This document shows positions 49,940 to 63,155 of a stretch of DNA of 64,000 bases, piece by piece; the first letter of the stretch is position 1; each line of letters starts with the position of its first letter. The notes under the pieces were generated by a model. The model had not been told where the DNA came from, ran no database searches, and saw nothing but the letters and a program-made list of their open reading frames with translations. A program made the position numbers and the translations under genes. Source of the DNA: Octopus sinensis (taxonomy: Eukaryota); the NCBI RefSeq assembly GCF_006345805.1, contig NC_043008.1:15252001-15316000 (forward strand). Reading direction: 5' to 3'.

Positions 49940-50753
49940 TATCGTCGTTGTCGTCGTTGTAGACATCATCATCATCAACAACGTCATCATTATCAAAATC
50001 ATCCTCAACATAACCAGCAACGTCATTATGAAACTTGTGGCCATTGCTGCCTGAGATCCGGGATTCTCAGTCCTCAGTTTATCGGTTTCCGTGACATATA
50101 AGTGACCCCAAATAACAACCTTTATCCCCTAGGAACTGGACGCCTCTTCGACGCAGGGTTACTCATTTATAACCCTCAATAATCATTTATGGCTCCTTGA
50201 ATATGTAAGACCTAGTTACAGATTTGGGGGGAAATATGAAAAATACGTCAAACCGTTTAAACATCAATATAGATATTATTCTAAAGCAACAACCGTTTAT
50301 TAAGACTGTAAACGCTCAATTATCTGAATACTTCAGAAATAATTAATACCCCGGTGCGGCACGCTGCTATGTGATGAGATAATATTTCTGGGTAAGCATC
50401 ATTACACTGATATTTAGACACCGAAAAGCTAATAAATTCTTAGATTGACACAAAGTTTCAAATGAATATACAGGTGAGATTGATTCGAACAAAACTACAT
50501 GGCTGAATTGTGCTTTGCTGGCCAAATGCCAGAGCCGTCAACAGCATGATTTTGAAACAGAACGTAATTAGTGCGACAATCTATCATTTCTGACAAAATT
50601 TGTTGCTTTATGTCAATGTTACAGATAAATCATATAAAATATTGGAGTGTACTCTGTTACGGTACCGACTCGCGCGTATAGGTAGCAAAATGTGGATGAT
50701 AAATTTGTGGACACAAATACAAACATAAACACATGTATGCACACACACATACC

Positions 50754-50787
<34 letters not shown>

Positions 50788-50904
50788 TGACTTATGTAAC
50801 AACGATGCATACGATGTATCTATAAAACAATAGCTTATATACATGTCTGTGTATGCACCTGTAAATATATATATATATATATATACATATGTGTGTGTGT
50901 ATTT

Positions 50905-50960
50905 ATGTATATCTGTCTATCTATCTATCTAAGTATCTATCTATCTATCTATCTAACTAT

Positions 50961-51001
<41 letters not shown>

Positions 51002-51032
51002 CATCTATCTATCTATCTATCTATCTAACTAT

Positions 51033-51072
<40 letters not shown>

Positions 51073-51075
51073 ATA
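50905..51075. repeat. (TCTA)n microsatellite
   Basis: Direct reading. Confidence 0.96.
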
Positions 51076-52465
51076 TATATATATACATACATATATATCT
51101 ACTGTAAATAAATACGCTATGTAAACATTTTAATGATAAATCTGATAAAGGTATATATAACATGATGTTTGTAATTAGATTGTAATCACGTATCTTCCTT
51201 GATATTTCACAAAGGTTTATCTCTTTGGAAACATTTATATAGCTGATAATAGAAGATGGACTCATATCCGGCAATATCAATTTCATCTGTTGTCTGTGAA
51301 AACCCTCCTGGGAAATAACTTAGTTTAACTAATTCCCAGGGTTGATAATGATAACTTGGTACTTAAGTTTACTCCCTGTCTACAAAACCACCGACAATGA
51401 AGAAAACAAATATAGCAAAAGCCCATTTCCTTGCCTGAAAATTATTTTTCGTTTCTTGCAATGAATGAGACACATCATATTGGAACAATAGTGTCCCAGA
51501 ATCTTTTGCCGGAATGCATCGCATTGAATGACCTTAATACTCCTCTTGCATTACGAAAGAAATATATCTTATATAGTAAGGACATCATGGAAAAAAAACC
51601 CAGAGAAATAAGTACAGTCAACTCTCCACAAGGAATGTCGTGCAAAGAGCAAACCTAAAGAAACACCCTTACCATTGCTGCTTTTTAGATAAGAGTTACA
51701 AGACGAAATTGTGATGTTATGCATTTAATCATTAGTAACGGTCTCGGGAAAACAAGTAAGGTTGAATCGAAAAATGTGTTGTATAAAATATAACTAACTT
51801 TTATTCGATTGTCAGATAAATCCGTTTGTTTTTCCTACTGCATATATATTTTTTGTTTATGTATCTGAAAAGAATGAAAATTTGTTCACATTTCAAAAAT
51901 AATAAGTAAAAGTTCTGAATGCAGAATAGGACTGGAAAAACAAATATTATTTTGTGCTGATGCAAATAACATTATATTGGATGGAACATAATGGTGAGTG
52001 AAGGGGAACTAATTTATCTCACACTCCAATAATTACATGTGTAAATCCACCAGAGAATACTAGATTTATTTTTGGAGAGCGTATAACTAAAGTAGATATG
52101 AGAAATTGGTTGTCACTGTCATAAGCTAAAATACCATGTAAACACCATGTTTTGCATAGAAAGATAAAGTAATGCCGTGTACAGGTTGTTTAAATTGCAT
52201 GTTGGAAAGGTAAGTAGAGGACAGAATGACTATAGTTGACGTGAAAAACAAAGCACGGCTTGGTGCTGTCAAAGGTTTTTCCAAGAGAAATGAAGAGCTT
52301 TGAAATGACTACCAAACTATTTGTAGTTTTACTTCACCTGTCCAATTGAACATTTTCGGCATATATTCTGTAATGTAACAGATTAAATCCAATGCAATTT
52401 TTATATGCTTTACTTAGGACCCCCCACCACTTTACCTTTTCTTTATATGTCTCTGTATACCTTAT

Positions 52466-52917
52466 GTGGTGTGGCTATGTTGTAGGTATTGTGGTTCCAA
52501 AACAAATAGTTCTGGATTCAGGACCACTGCGTAAAACCCTGGCCAAGTCTCTTCGAGTATAATCCCCAGTTGTGAGTGGATTTCGTAGAAGAAAACTGAA
52601 AAAGAGGGTTATCGTTTATATATATATATATATATTTATATTATAATAATAATAATATAATAATAATAATAATAATAATATTAGGGAGTATATCTAAACT
52701 TACAGGGAAAAATTAGATTTAGGATTAAATCAAATTTCACAGTATAAATATAAATTAAATTAGAGATGAAACCACTATTAGGCAACTCAAACAGTGATAG
52801 ACATAAACCAAAACATAAAAAAACAAAAAAATTATATAATTAATATAATATATAATATATAATATATATATAATATAAAAGTTTGAGTTGCCTAATAGTG
52901 GTTTTATCTCTAATTTA

Positions 52918-52962
<45 letters not shown>

Positions 52963-53200
52963 ACATACATACATATATGCGTGTTTGCGCGCAGGTGTGC
53001 GTGTGTGTGTGTGTGTGTATGTATGGGTGCTTCTGTGTTTGTGTTTGACGCTCACCACCGATTGACAACTGGTGTTTTCTTGCTTACATCCCCCACAACT
53101 TAGCGGTTCGGCACATGAACCCGATACAGTAAGTACCAGATTTAAACGATGAATATTGTCCCCAGTGCAATGACAAAATCATTGTATATGTTAAAAGACA
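52466..53200 (+). mobile_element. Old SINE family A copy split by a nested fold-back element
   Basis: Head blocks at 52466-52615 (ttgtgagtggatttcgtagaagaaaactg) and body blocks at 53030-53200 (ttgacaactgg, ttagcggttcggc). Confidence 0.7.
52682..52921 (+). mobile_element. Fold-back element, same family as 39314-39560
   Basis: 41-bp arms 52752-52792 and 52881-52921 (1 mismatch), with the shared leader tagggagtatatctaaacttacagggaaaaattagatttagg. Confidence 0.85.
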
Positions 53201-53240
53201 GTAGACTACGTACACATCATTACTTTGGAGGTATATAATA

Positions 53241-53472
53241 GGCGGTGAGCTGGCAGAATCGTTAGCACACCGGGCGTATGCGTAGCCGTATTTCGTCGGC
53301 CGCTACGTTCTGAGTTCAAATTCCGCCGAGGTCGACTTTGCCTTTCATCCTTTCGGGGTCGATTAAATAAGTACCACTTACGTACTGGGGTCGATTTAAT
53401 CGACTTAATCCCTTTGTCTGTCCTTGTTTGTCCTCTCTGTGTGTAGCCCCTTGTGGGCAGTAAAGAAATAGG
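53241..53472 (+). mobile_element. SINE family B, full length
   Basis: ggcggtgagctggcagaatcgttagc...gttctgagttcaaattcc...gtgggcagtaaagaaatagg. Confidence 0.94.
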
Positions 53473-54550
53473 TATATTGTAAGCTGCTATTTGTTACTGG
53501 AATTAGTTCAAGAACAAATAATGTCCAGAACTGCATTCCGTACTTGCCGCTAAACTGAATATACATTGCCATTGACAATTATTGATTTTTTTTAAAACGT
53601 AGTTACTTCTTATAAAATTTCGAATTTTCTGTATATTAAATATATTAACACTAACTAACCTATAATAATTATATTTGAGAATTTGAGAATTCTAAATGAG
53701 GTTGTAAATTGGATTAAGTTTAAATTCAACAAAAGCATACTATAAAGAACAAACGGAAATGATTTTACTAAAAAGTTCGCTAATTAATTGCAATAGTTTA
53801 GATAAGTAAATAAAAATAAATATCTTTTTTGAATGAAGAAATATTAGATTTATAACGAATGCGCTCTCCCATAAATAAACTTTTCTAAGAATTTCTAATG
53901 AAAACTTCGTGGTGTTATTTATTGCTTTTTAAAAGCTCATAAAGCTTCCTTGAAGACAAAAAGATAAAACCAAGCGAGAACATATATGTTTATGCGCAAC
54001 TGGGTAGTAAATATTTATATCTGTACGTATTTCGGTTTTATTCAGTTTCGATTGAAAATCGAAATGTGTAAAATTATATGAGCTATGTATGTGCATATAT
54101 GCATTATGTATGTATGTATTTATATATCAGCAAACGCACACACACGCATACATATATATATATATGGATACATACAAGCACACACACTCACAAATAAATC
54201 GTTATTTGCAATGTGATCAACGAGACCTGAGACGATGGCTTACAATATTTATTTTTAATAATTTCCGGCAGATCAGAACGCAATTATGCTAATCGCTGTT
54301 GTGCTAGTCACAGGAAAACAACTATGCCTGTACAGAACATGCGATGCATTCCTGCAAAAGATTCTGGGACACTATTGCTTCGACATGATGTGTCTCGTCA
54401 GGTACATGTAGTCGGACTACTGAATGTAATCTAAACAACAGCCGTGACTATGTTTATAACTTCAACGGATAAGCTGTTCGCTGATTAGTGCTTAGGTCTG
54501 CCAACGGATAGTAAATCATTATTTCGACCTTGAATAGTTTTAGGTTGAAA

Positions 54551-54722
54551 TTTCCATGCGGCGAATTGACGGAGACTAACTTTTCCTGCGATGAATTGAG
54601 GGAGACGAAATTTCCTGCAGTGAAATGGTGGCGGTGAACTTTCCCTGAGGAGTGAATTGATGATGGTTAACTTTCTCTGCGGTGGATTGATGGCAGTGAA
54701 CATTCCCTGTGGTGAACTTACC
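54551..54722. repeat. Degenerate ~30-bp minisatellite (~5.7 units)
   Basis: Approximate consensus tttcctgcggtgaattgatggcggtgaac. Confidence 0.85.
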
Positions 54723-54799
54723 TATCATCATTTTATATTGCCTTTTCTTTTCTGTCTTATTGGTTTTTTCGTTATTGTTGTTGATGGTGTGTTGTTTGT

Positions 54800-55208
54800 T
54801 AGCTGTAAGGTTAATAAGTTCGCTTTGCATTCAGATGGTTTTCCGTTTAGTCCAACTCTGCGGCCCTGGACAATTGCCTTTGACTATGGCTCGAAACCAT
54901 CCGACGCCTTTTGAGTGAATTTGGTAGATGGAAACCGTATGGAAGCCCGTCATATAGATATGTGTATATAAACCTGTCTATGTGTGTGTGTTTGTATCCT
55001 TGCTAGTCCTTGCTCATCACTTGAAAACCGGCATTGGTTCATTTATGCCTCGTAACCTAGCATTTGACCAAGGGACCGATAAAATACGTAAGATAAAAAA
55101 CTAAAAGAAAAATCAATAACTGGGGCCAACTTATTCAGCAAAGGTCTTCCCAGGCGGTGCCCCAATATGGCCGCAGTCCAATGTCTGAAACAGTTTAAGA
55201 GATAAAAG
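54800..55208 (+). mobile_element. Old SINE family A copy
   Basis: ttttgagtgaatttggtagatggaaacc..gaagcccgtc and ggcggtgccccaatatggccgcagtccaatgtctgaaac. Confidence 0.8.
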
Positions 55209-55547
55209 AATACTGACGTTTTTTATTTAAACTGCCGAACTTAAATATATTTTGTGTCATAGCAGAATCAATGTGGTGTGCCGAGATGAATTATTTACTG
55301 CCCAGAGTTTCGTTTCCTACTTACGATGAATAAATCTTGCCGGAATTGTACTCTAGTCGATTCCATAGGCAAAAACAAAACAAAACAAAACAAAGCGAAT
55401 CATTCGGTTAAAATATGTATTTGTGTACCAAACTCACAGTTCATTATTACAAACATGTACATTGTTATTATTGTTAATAATGTTTTATTATTGTTGATGT
55501 TGTTGATATTATGCGTTCTCTTGTCTTTTACTACGTCTACACCATTT

Positions 55548-55606
<59 letters not shown>

Positions 55607-55759
55607 TTCACAATCATTTTGATTTTATATAATTAGCATAAAGACCTGGCTGAATGGAAAAGCTATTTTTGGTATTTAACTCAATATTATCAATATTGTA
55701 ATAAGTGTTGTTGCCGTTGTTTTTGTTGTCTTTGTTCGGTATTATTTTGGGTTATTTAG

Positions 55760-56018
55760 TTAATAATGTGAATATTGGTCATGCTGTCGTTGTTATCATT
55801 CTGTGTATTGAATTTCATTATTATTATCATTGTTATTAGCATTGTTGTTATTATTATCAATTTTTTTTTGTCGTTGTTATTATTATTATTGTTGTTGTAG
55901 TTGTTTTTGTTGTTGTTCTTGTTATCATTTTCTTTTTTCATTGTTATCATTATTATTATTATTGCTTTTGTTGGTATTATTATTATTATTTTTTTTACTA
56001 CTACTACTACTACTACTG

Positions 56019-56063
<45 letters not shown>

Positions 56064-56065
56064 TA
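55760..56065. repeat. (TTA)/(TTG)/(CTA) compound microsatellite
   Basis: Direct reading. Confidence 0.9.
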
Positions 56066-56514
56066 TTTAATTGAATCCCTCCGACGAAAATATCCATCTA
56101 CATACAGAGTTTAGAATGAAAATATGAACGAAAATAGAAAATGAAATAGAAAAGGCGAAAATCGTAAAATTTATATATAAAAAAAAACTTATAAGAAAAC
56201 GAAAAAGAACAAAATAATGTAAGAAACAAACAATAAAAGCAAAAAAAAAATAATGTACTAAAGCAACGAATGTATATTCAGACAAAGACAAAAACCCCCA
56301 AAATTATCAATTTGAAATTAAGAAAACTCAAAATAAAACGTATGTGAGGAGAAAACAAATGTCAATACAAGAATGAGAAAACGAACAATAAAGGAAAAAC
56401 GGAAAATGTTTTTGAAAACGGAATGTATACAGAAAGCTAAAAGGAATTTTTGGTTTTTACGACTAAGTTAAATTAACTTTCTCTACAACGTACAGTTGGA
56501 ATTATTGTTAACAA

Positions 56515-56537
56515 CACTATTATTATTATTATTATTA

Positions 56538-56628
<91 letters not shown>

Positions 56629-56638
56629 GCTATTATTA

Positions 56639-56672
<34 letters not shown>

Positions 56673-56683
56673 CATCATCATCA

Positions 56684-56717
<34 letters not shown>

Positions 56718-56736
56718 CGTCATCATTATTATTATT

Positions 56737-56780
<44 letters not shown>

Positions 56781-56803
56781 TATTATTATTATTGCTATTA
56801 TTA

Positions 56804-56847
<44 letters not shown>

Positions 56848-56905
56848 GTTGTTGTTGTTGTTGTTGCTGCTGCTGCTGCTGCTGTTGTTGTTGTTGTTGA
56901 TATTA
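56515..56905. repeat. (TAT)/(TGT)/(CAT)/(GCT) compound trinucleotide array
   Basis: Direct reading. Source of the poly-Y/C/H/L/S ORFs. Confidence 0.97.
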
Positions 56906-57639
56906 TTTTTGGTATTTTGATGCTATTTGTTTTCTTGTTAGTATACACGCACGTGAACACGCTCACAAAGACACATACTCGCTCGCACACACATACATAT
57001 ACACATACATGCACACGCACATTTAATTCTATTGTACTGCAACAATCTAATGATACAATACAACTGAAGCAATGCATCTTAAAATATATTTATGTTTATA
57101 TTGCGACAATAAATTTTCTTTGTAAAGTTAACATCAAACTTGTCATTTTCGTTACATTTAATATTTCCGTTCATTTGTTTTTATATTTTGGGTTTTTTAA
57201 ATATTTTATTTATTTATTCTTCCGTTATGGCTTCCAATGAATCCATCACGAATATATCTTCTTGAAATAAATTTCTAATTTTTTCGTCCTTTCTATTTAA
57301 TCCTTAACATATTAAACTGGAAAGAAAATCTCGTCGCAATTCAAGATGAGGAAGCTATCGATAGTTCTTTGGTTTTAATTGATGTATTTAATCAAGACAA
57401 TATTTACCCTAATTATTCATAACATGATTCCATCTATTTCACAAATTGGTGATATCTCGGCCGTAAAATTTCTCAGGTTTCCCAGCAAAGAAACACTGAA
57501 TATCATTATTAAATTCTTCACATTATTAAACTGTTTCTTTTCTAAATAACATTACAATGAATTGAGATATTGTTAGATAGAGCAAGGTTAGGATAATACG
57601 ATGAAGTAAAACGTCCATATATTAGTGCTATGATGTTTT

Positions 57640-59470
57640 CCTGAGTGGATTAGGCCATACATGGTTTTACATTATCGTGTAAGAGCGTGTTATGCCGTAT
57701 GTTCGGATGCCTTCTACTCACTGTTCTCTTCTCTGCTACTCAGCTGTGCTCTTGACGTCTAGGCTTTCCCCTCTATATCTACGTATTGGGTTAGCCTACT
57801 GGGAGCGTCCACACAACAGAGCGAGACGTCTTTATGACTGATCAAAGCTCGGTGTTAATATTTTTTCTGCAAATATTTGTGCCACAACTTCAATTGACGG
57901 TGTTACTTCGCATTGAATCTTACGTTTTGGTTTAATACTTCACGATAGACGACAACAATTTTCTCAGATATGGTTTTGGTTTGGAGTGCATTTTCCCTTT
58001 CAATTGAGTGCTACTTGCAGTTTTCATTGGATATGATTATATAGAAGCCACTTTTGATAATTCGACATAATTCTACTCAGGAATGATTCGGTAGTAAGTC
58101 TACACTTCAAAGACGAGCAGAAGGCACCAGTTTGATAAAGCTAAGAAGCAGTCTGATGATGAGAGATTCACTCACCACGCTTAGACGCATTTCCTTGTTC
58201 CTGATTGTGTTGTATAATCGACGTGCGACTTGAACTATTTCGCTAATGCAGATTGTGTTTTATTTTTGTTTTCCTTATTTACGATTTTCTATAGCTTTTC
58301 TCACCACACTTTCAGCATAAGTTTATGTGACCTCACGGTACACAAACATACGTCCTAAGGTACCAAAAACTAATCTGAACCCGTTGAAGAAATCGCCTAC
58401 AACTTCCCTATAATCTGTAGATTCCAGAACCCTATATATCACTGCTCACCTCTTATTAAGACACATACCTCACATCATTTTTCTTTCCTTCATATAAATT
58501 TCTTCAACTCTAGATTTATCGAAAGCATGTTACCTAATATTTTGTGCCTGGCACTCTCCATTAGAAGATCGTGGTTTCGGTTTTTTTTTCATTTGGTTAG
58601 TAGATTAACATATTTATATTCAATAACTTGATATTTAGGCTCGTATTCCTGTTTAAATCTTAGTATTTGCTTTGAATTTATTGAGTTGTATTGTTTATGC
58701 TTGTTTGTTTTATCATGTTTTTCACGTCTTTTGGTATCAACGTACTTTTTGATTTCCAACATTCACTAGTATTTCCATATTTGATTTCTTTTGTTTTCTG
58801 TTTCACACTTTTGTTATTATAACTAATGAAAGCATCGTCATTTATCAGATCCTTTAATGTATTTCATTTATCAATAATTTTATTGGGTGTTATTTCTAAT
58901 TCGTTTAAGATCGAGAGTTAATTCTTGAACATTTCTCTTCTATCCGTAATTTAAATTTTGCTTCAGTGTGATTTGTATTCAGTTTGATTGATTTGAGCTT
59001 AAGTTTTCCTGTCTCACCGATTTGAGTATTATTTCTGTTAGAATTTTCCAAGGTCTGTGATCGCTGTCTACAAACTCGTTCTAGGAAAACTTGATTTTTC
59101 ATCCATTTATATTTTAAATATGACAACAAAATCGATTTCATTATTATATATTCCTCAAAATGAATGCCATGTGATTGGATTTTGACGGCTTGCACTGACG
59201 TATCATTTTTGCTGCAGTCAATTTCAGTTGTTTGCATATTTTAACAATTTTCTTGCACTGTTTAGTTCTTGTTCTGAGATGTATTTACCAAATGATACCA
59301 TTCCGAATATCAAAATCTCCTGATCTAAACTTTACATTCTCGTCACTTTAAATTACAATTATGACATTTCTTTTCCTTTGATCAGCAAATATCTTCCGAT
59401 ATCTTGACAGAAATTTTCCAGTTCTTCCTTATTAGAATCACTAAATAAAATCACTAAAATAAATCTGCAT
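57640..59470 (-). mobile_element. Highly decayed RTE-like LINE (APE domain plus possible RT tail)
   Basis: Minus-strand remnants SDSNKEELENFCQDI, EIDFVV and NEFVDSDHRP (APE end, ~59070), and WT..V...P...RGKPRR near 57800. Many stops. Confidence 0.5.
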
Positions 59471-59626
59471 CACTGAGAGATCGATAATAGATTTGATACC
59501 AGTTCAATTGTGTATAATTGATAGAAAATGTTCTGTAAAATATTACATATTTTAAATTATATTTATCCGCCATGATGTTTTGCAAATTTTCATATTTACG
59601 AAAACTTCCTCTGAGATGTGTTCTAT

Positions 59627-59998
59627 ACTCTTTACTCTTTTACTTGTTTCAGTCATTTGACTGCGGCCATGCTGGAGCACCGCCTTTAGTCGAGCAAATC
59701 GACCCCGGGACTTATTCTTTGTAAGCCCAGTACTTATTCTATCGGTCTCTTTTGCCGAACCGCTAAGTGACGGGGACGTAAACACACCAGCATCGGTTGT
59801 CAAGCAATGCTAGGGGGACAAACACAGACACACAAACACACACATATATATATATACATATATACGACAGGCTTCTTTCAGTTTCCGTCTACCAAATCCA
59901 CTCACAAGGCTTTGGTCGACCCGAGGCTATAGCAGAAGACACTTGCCCAAGATGCCACGCAGTGGGACTGAACCCGGAACCACAACCACTCCCGCACC
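59627..59998 (-). mobile_element. SINE family A with small head deletion
   Basis: Reverse complement of family A. Confidence 0.94.
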
Positions 59999-60352
59999 TA
60001 TGTCTATTGTCAATCACAAATTCACCACATTTAATCCAATGTCGTTTAACCATCCCTATAGTATTCCAAGAATACACCCTCTCTCTGTCTGTCTGTCTGT
60101 CTGTCTGTCTGTATCTCTCTCTCTCTCTCCACTTAATTAATAAAGCGTTTGTTTATTGCAACCTCTAACTATAAAGGAATTTTGACATACATTTAATTTC
60201 TGAATTCGTTCATTGGCATAGATATCGACACCACCTTGAGTAAAAGATTAATGATTGGTGGTTGGTTTTGAGCCAAAATATCAAAATATCATCATCATTA
60301 CCATCATCAAAATTATTGTTGTTGTTGCTGTTGTTGTGGCTATTGTTTTTAA

Positions 60353-60567
60353 GGTGGTGAGCTGGCAGAATTGTTACCGCGTTGGGCAAAATTCTTCGCG
60401 CATTTCGACTATCTTTATGTTCTGAGTTCAAATTCCTCCGAAGTCGACTGTGCGTTTCATCTTTTCGGCGTTGATAAATTAAGTACCAGTGAAACACTGG
60501 GGTCTATGTAATTGATTAGTCTCTTCCCTACCAAATTTCAGGCCTTGTACCTTTAGTAGATAGGATT
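60353..60567 (+). mobile_element. Diverged SINE family B
   Basis: ggtggtgagctggcagaattgttacc...gttctgagttcaaattcc..gtcgact..aagtaccagtgaaacactgggg. Confidence 0.88.
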
Positions 60568-60682
60568 TTTATTCAATTTTTATATACACACAGCAAATTA
60601 GACTGTTGAAAAAGAAAAAGTCTAACATTGTGCTACAGCAAGTAATCTTAGATGTCAAGAACCCTCCTTACTATCCCAGCTG

Positions 60683-60716
60683 TTTATTATTATTATTATT
60701 ATTATTATTAGCATCA

Positions 60717-60776
<60 letters not shown>

Positions 60777-60793
60777 TATTATTATCATTACTA

Positions 60794-60870
<77 letters not shown>
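60683..60870. repeat. (ATT)n microsatellite
   Basis: Direct reading. Confidence 0.97.
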
Positions 60871-61310
60871 GAGTGAGAGAGCAGCGCATGTCATCCAAGC
60901 GACATTGGCTTACAAATAAACGAAGTCCAATTGATGTATCATGACTATCCGTCTGATGAGGATATACCAGGCACATGCGTCACAGCCATATGTGCGTGAC
61001 ATGGTTATCTTTTACCAAGATAAACAGCGCAGGAACTTCCAGGTCGAGCCCAATTATAATTTTCTTCAGGTCCAGTAGCCATCCTTCTTAAAAGATCCCT
61101 GAATAAGGTTTGTTTTAAAGATGATGAACAAAACAATCGCTATGATGCTCTCCGTCCCACTATTCCCGATCGTGATAAAGTATTTGCTGTAGGCCATATT
61201 TTGAATTAAAAGAAAAACAAAACATGTACATGGTAACACGTCTGATCAGTTGAGATCAGAAGCTATCAAAGCCAATGTCTGCTACTTCTTCAGGGCATTT
61301 ATTTTTTGTT
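60871..61310. mobile_element. Probable non-coding interspersed element inserted in (ATT)n
   Basis: GC-elevated block bounded by (ATT)n on the left and a degenerate ttatt tract on the right. Class not determinable. Confidence 0.45.
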
Positions 61311-61499
61311 ATTCCCCCGACGTTGGGTTTGTGGTTGGCCTTGTGCCAAACTTTGAAATCATTAATTAATATTATTAATATAAACATTTTGGAATTATTA
61401 CCTACCTAGGTTAATAATGAAAGAAAATGTACCACAAAAGTGGTGGGACGTATATAATTGACTGTTGGTTTCCTAAAAAGTAATCCTGGTCTTCTCTCT

Positions 61500-61559
61500 A
61501 AGTGAATAATAATAACAAAAATAAAAATAATAGTAATAGTAATAATAATGATGATCATA

Positions 61560-61599
<40 letters not shown>

Positions 61600-61849
61600 T
61601 AATAATAATAATAATTATAATAGTAATTGGTTGGCAACCTTTCTGTCTCGGGAGACAATGGAGTTGCGCATAAAGTGGTCTAGTCCGGCTTTTATATTTC
61701 ATGTCCTGATACATCTACTGCTGTGGCTGTGTAGTCCTATCCTAGACAAACACTCCCTCTGGCAGGTACCGCAAATGTAGCGAAGACTGTTCCTGGCTGG
61801 TTTTAGTGACTGTTACCTCCCAACACGGGAGGTAACAGTCACGAGTCAC

Positions 61850-61885
<36 letters not shown>

Positions 61886-61905
61886 TGATGATGATGATGA
61901 TGATA

Positions 61906-61948
<43 letters not shown>

Positions 61949-61985
61949 CGATGACGACTACGATGATGATGATGATGATGATGAA
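61500..61985. repeat. (AAT)n/(GAT)n arrays interrupted by a ~225-bp insert (61626-61850)
   Basis: Direct reading. The insert ends in a perfect 16-bp hairpin (61806-61842). Confidence 0.85.
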
Positions 61986-62599
61986 GTGACAGTTTAACAG
62001 CAATAGTTGAGCGGCAGATAAATTGCTATACGAAACTCAATTATGGATCTTTACATCCAGAATTCAAAATTGTACAGGATTTAACTTCGCAATTGGTCCG
62101 TTCACGTGTCGTCGATATTCCAAAATAGCAGTAATATTCTGAGGTTGATGTAAACAACTTTATCCGTTCCTCAAGTTTGAAGAGTTGTGGCTTATGTTAG
62201 AAAACAATACTATTAGTGTTCTTCCTTTGAGACTATCTACATTAAGTGTTTCATTTCGAACATCAAATATAATTTATGATAGCTGAATGCATAGAGACAT
62301 ATAGCAGAGTAAATATCCACGCAATAAGCCGACGTGGGCGTTACTACTTAAATACAAGTCTCTCTCACTTTATATATATATAATATGATGTATATACATA
62401 TGTATATATGTATGTATTTATGTATGTATGTGTGTCGGAGTATATGTTTGTGTGTGTGAGGTTTTTGCATCTTTCCTATAGCTGAGCTAAAGTTGTATAT
62501 TACTTAAATGATTCTACAGTGAATATGAATTTCAGAGAAGTGAAATTCAAAGACAGTTGATTAGTATTCCTACGATATCGATTAAAAGTGACTTCGATG

Positions 62600-63123
62600 T
62601 ATATATATATATATATATATAATAATATATATATATATATATATATATATCTATATATATATGTACATACATATACATGTGTGTGAGTATGTGTGTACAT
62701 ATATATATATATATATATATACATAAATAATGCATGTGCGTACAGAGAGAAAGAGAGGAAAAAGAAGGAGAGATATATTATTCTTGCTTTTGGCGGTAGA
62801 AAGAAGAATAAATTGCTGTGAGTATTCAAATTAGAATACATTAGAGTGTGTGTGAGTGTGTCTGTGCATATATATATCCTTAAATATCCTTCATATATAT
62901 ATGGATAGCTATGAATAGAAAAATTTACAAGCATATTTTACACTATGCATACATACATCCATAGATGCAAACACATACACGCAGACACGTATACTCACAC
63001 ACACATATATATAAATACATAAATATATATTATATATATATGTATATACACATATATATGTATATATATATATATAATATGTATATATACATATATACAT
63101 AGAGGCATACATATATACATACA

Positions 63124-63154
<31 letters not shown>
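62600..63154. repeat. (TA)/(TG)/(CA) microsatellite block
   Basis: Direct reading. Confidence 0.9.
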
Positions 63155-63155
63155 C

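Noticed and set aside
58153-58190. CTGATGA-TGAG..CTCA
   Set aside because: A stem II is possible, but GAAA and stems I/III are absent.
60953-60985. CTGATGAG
   Set aside because: No stem II closure and no GAAA.
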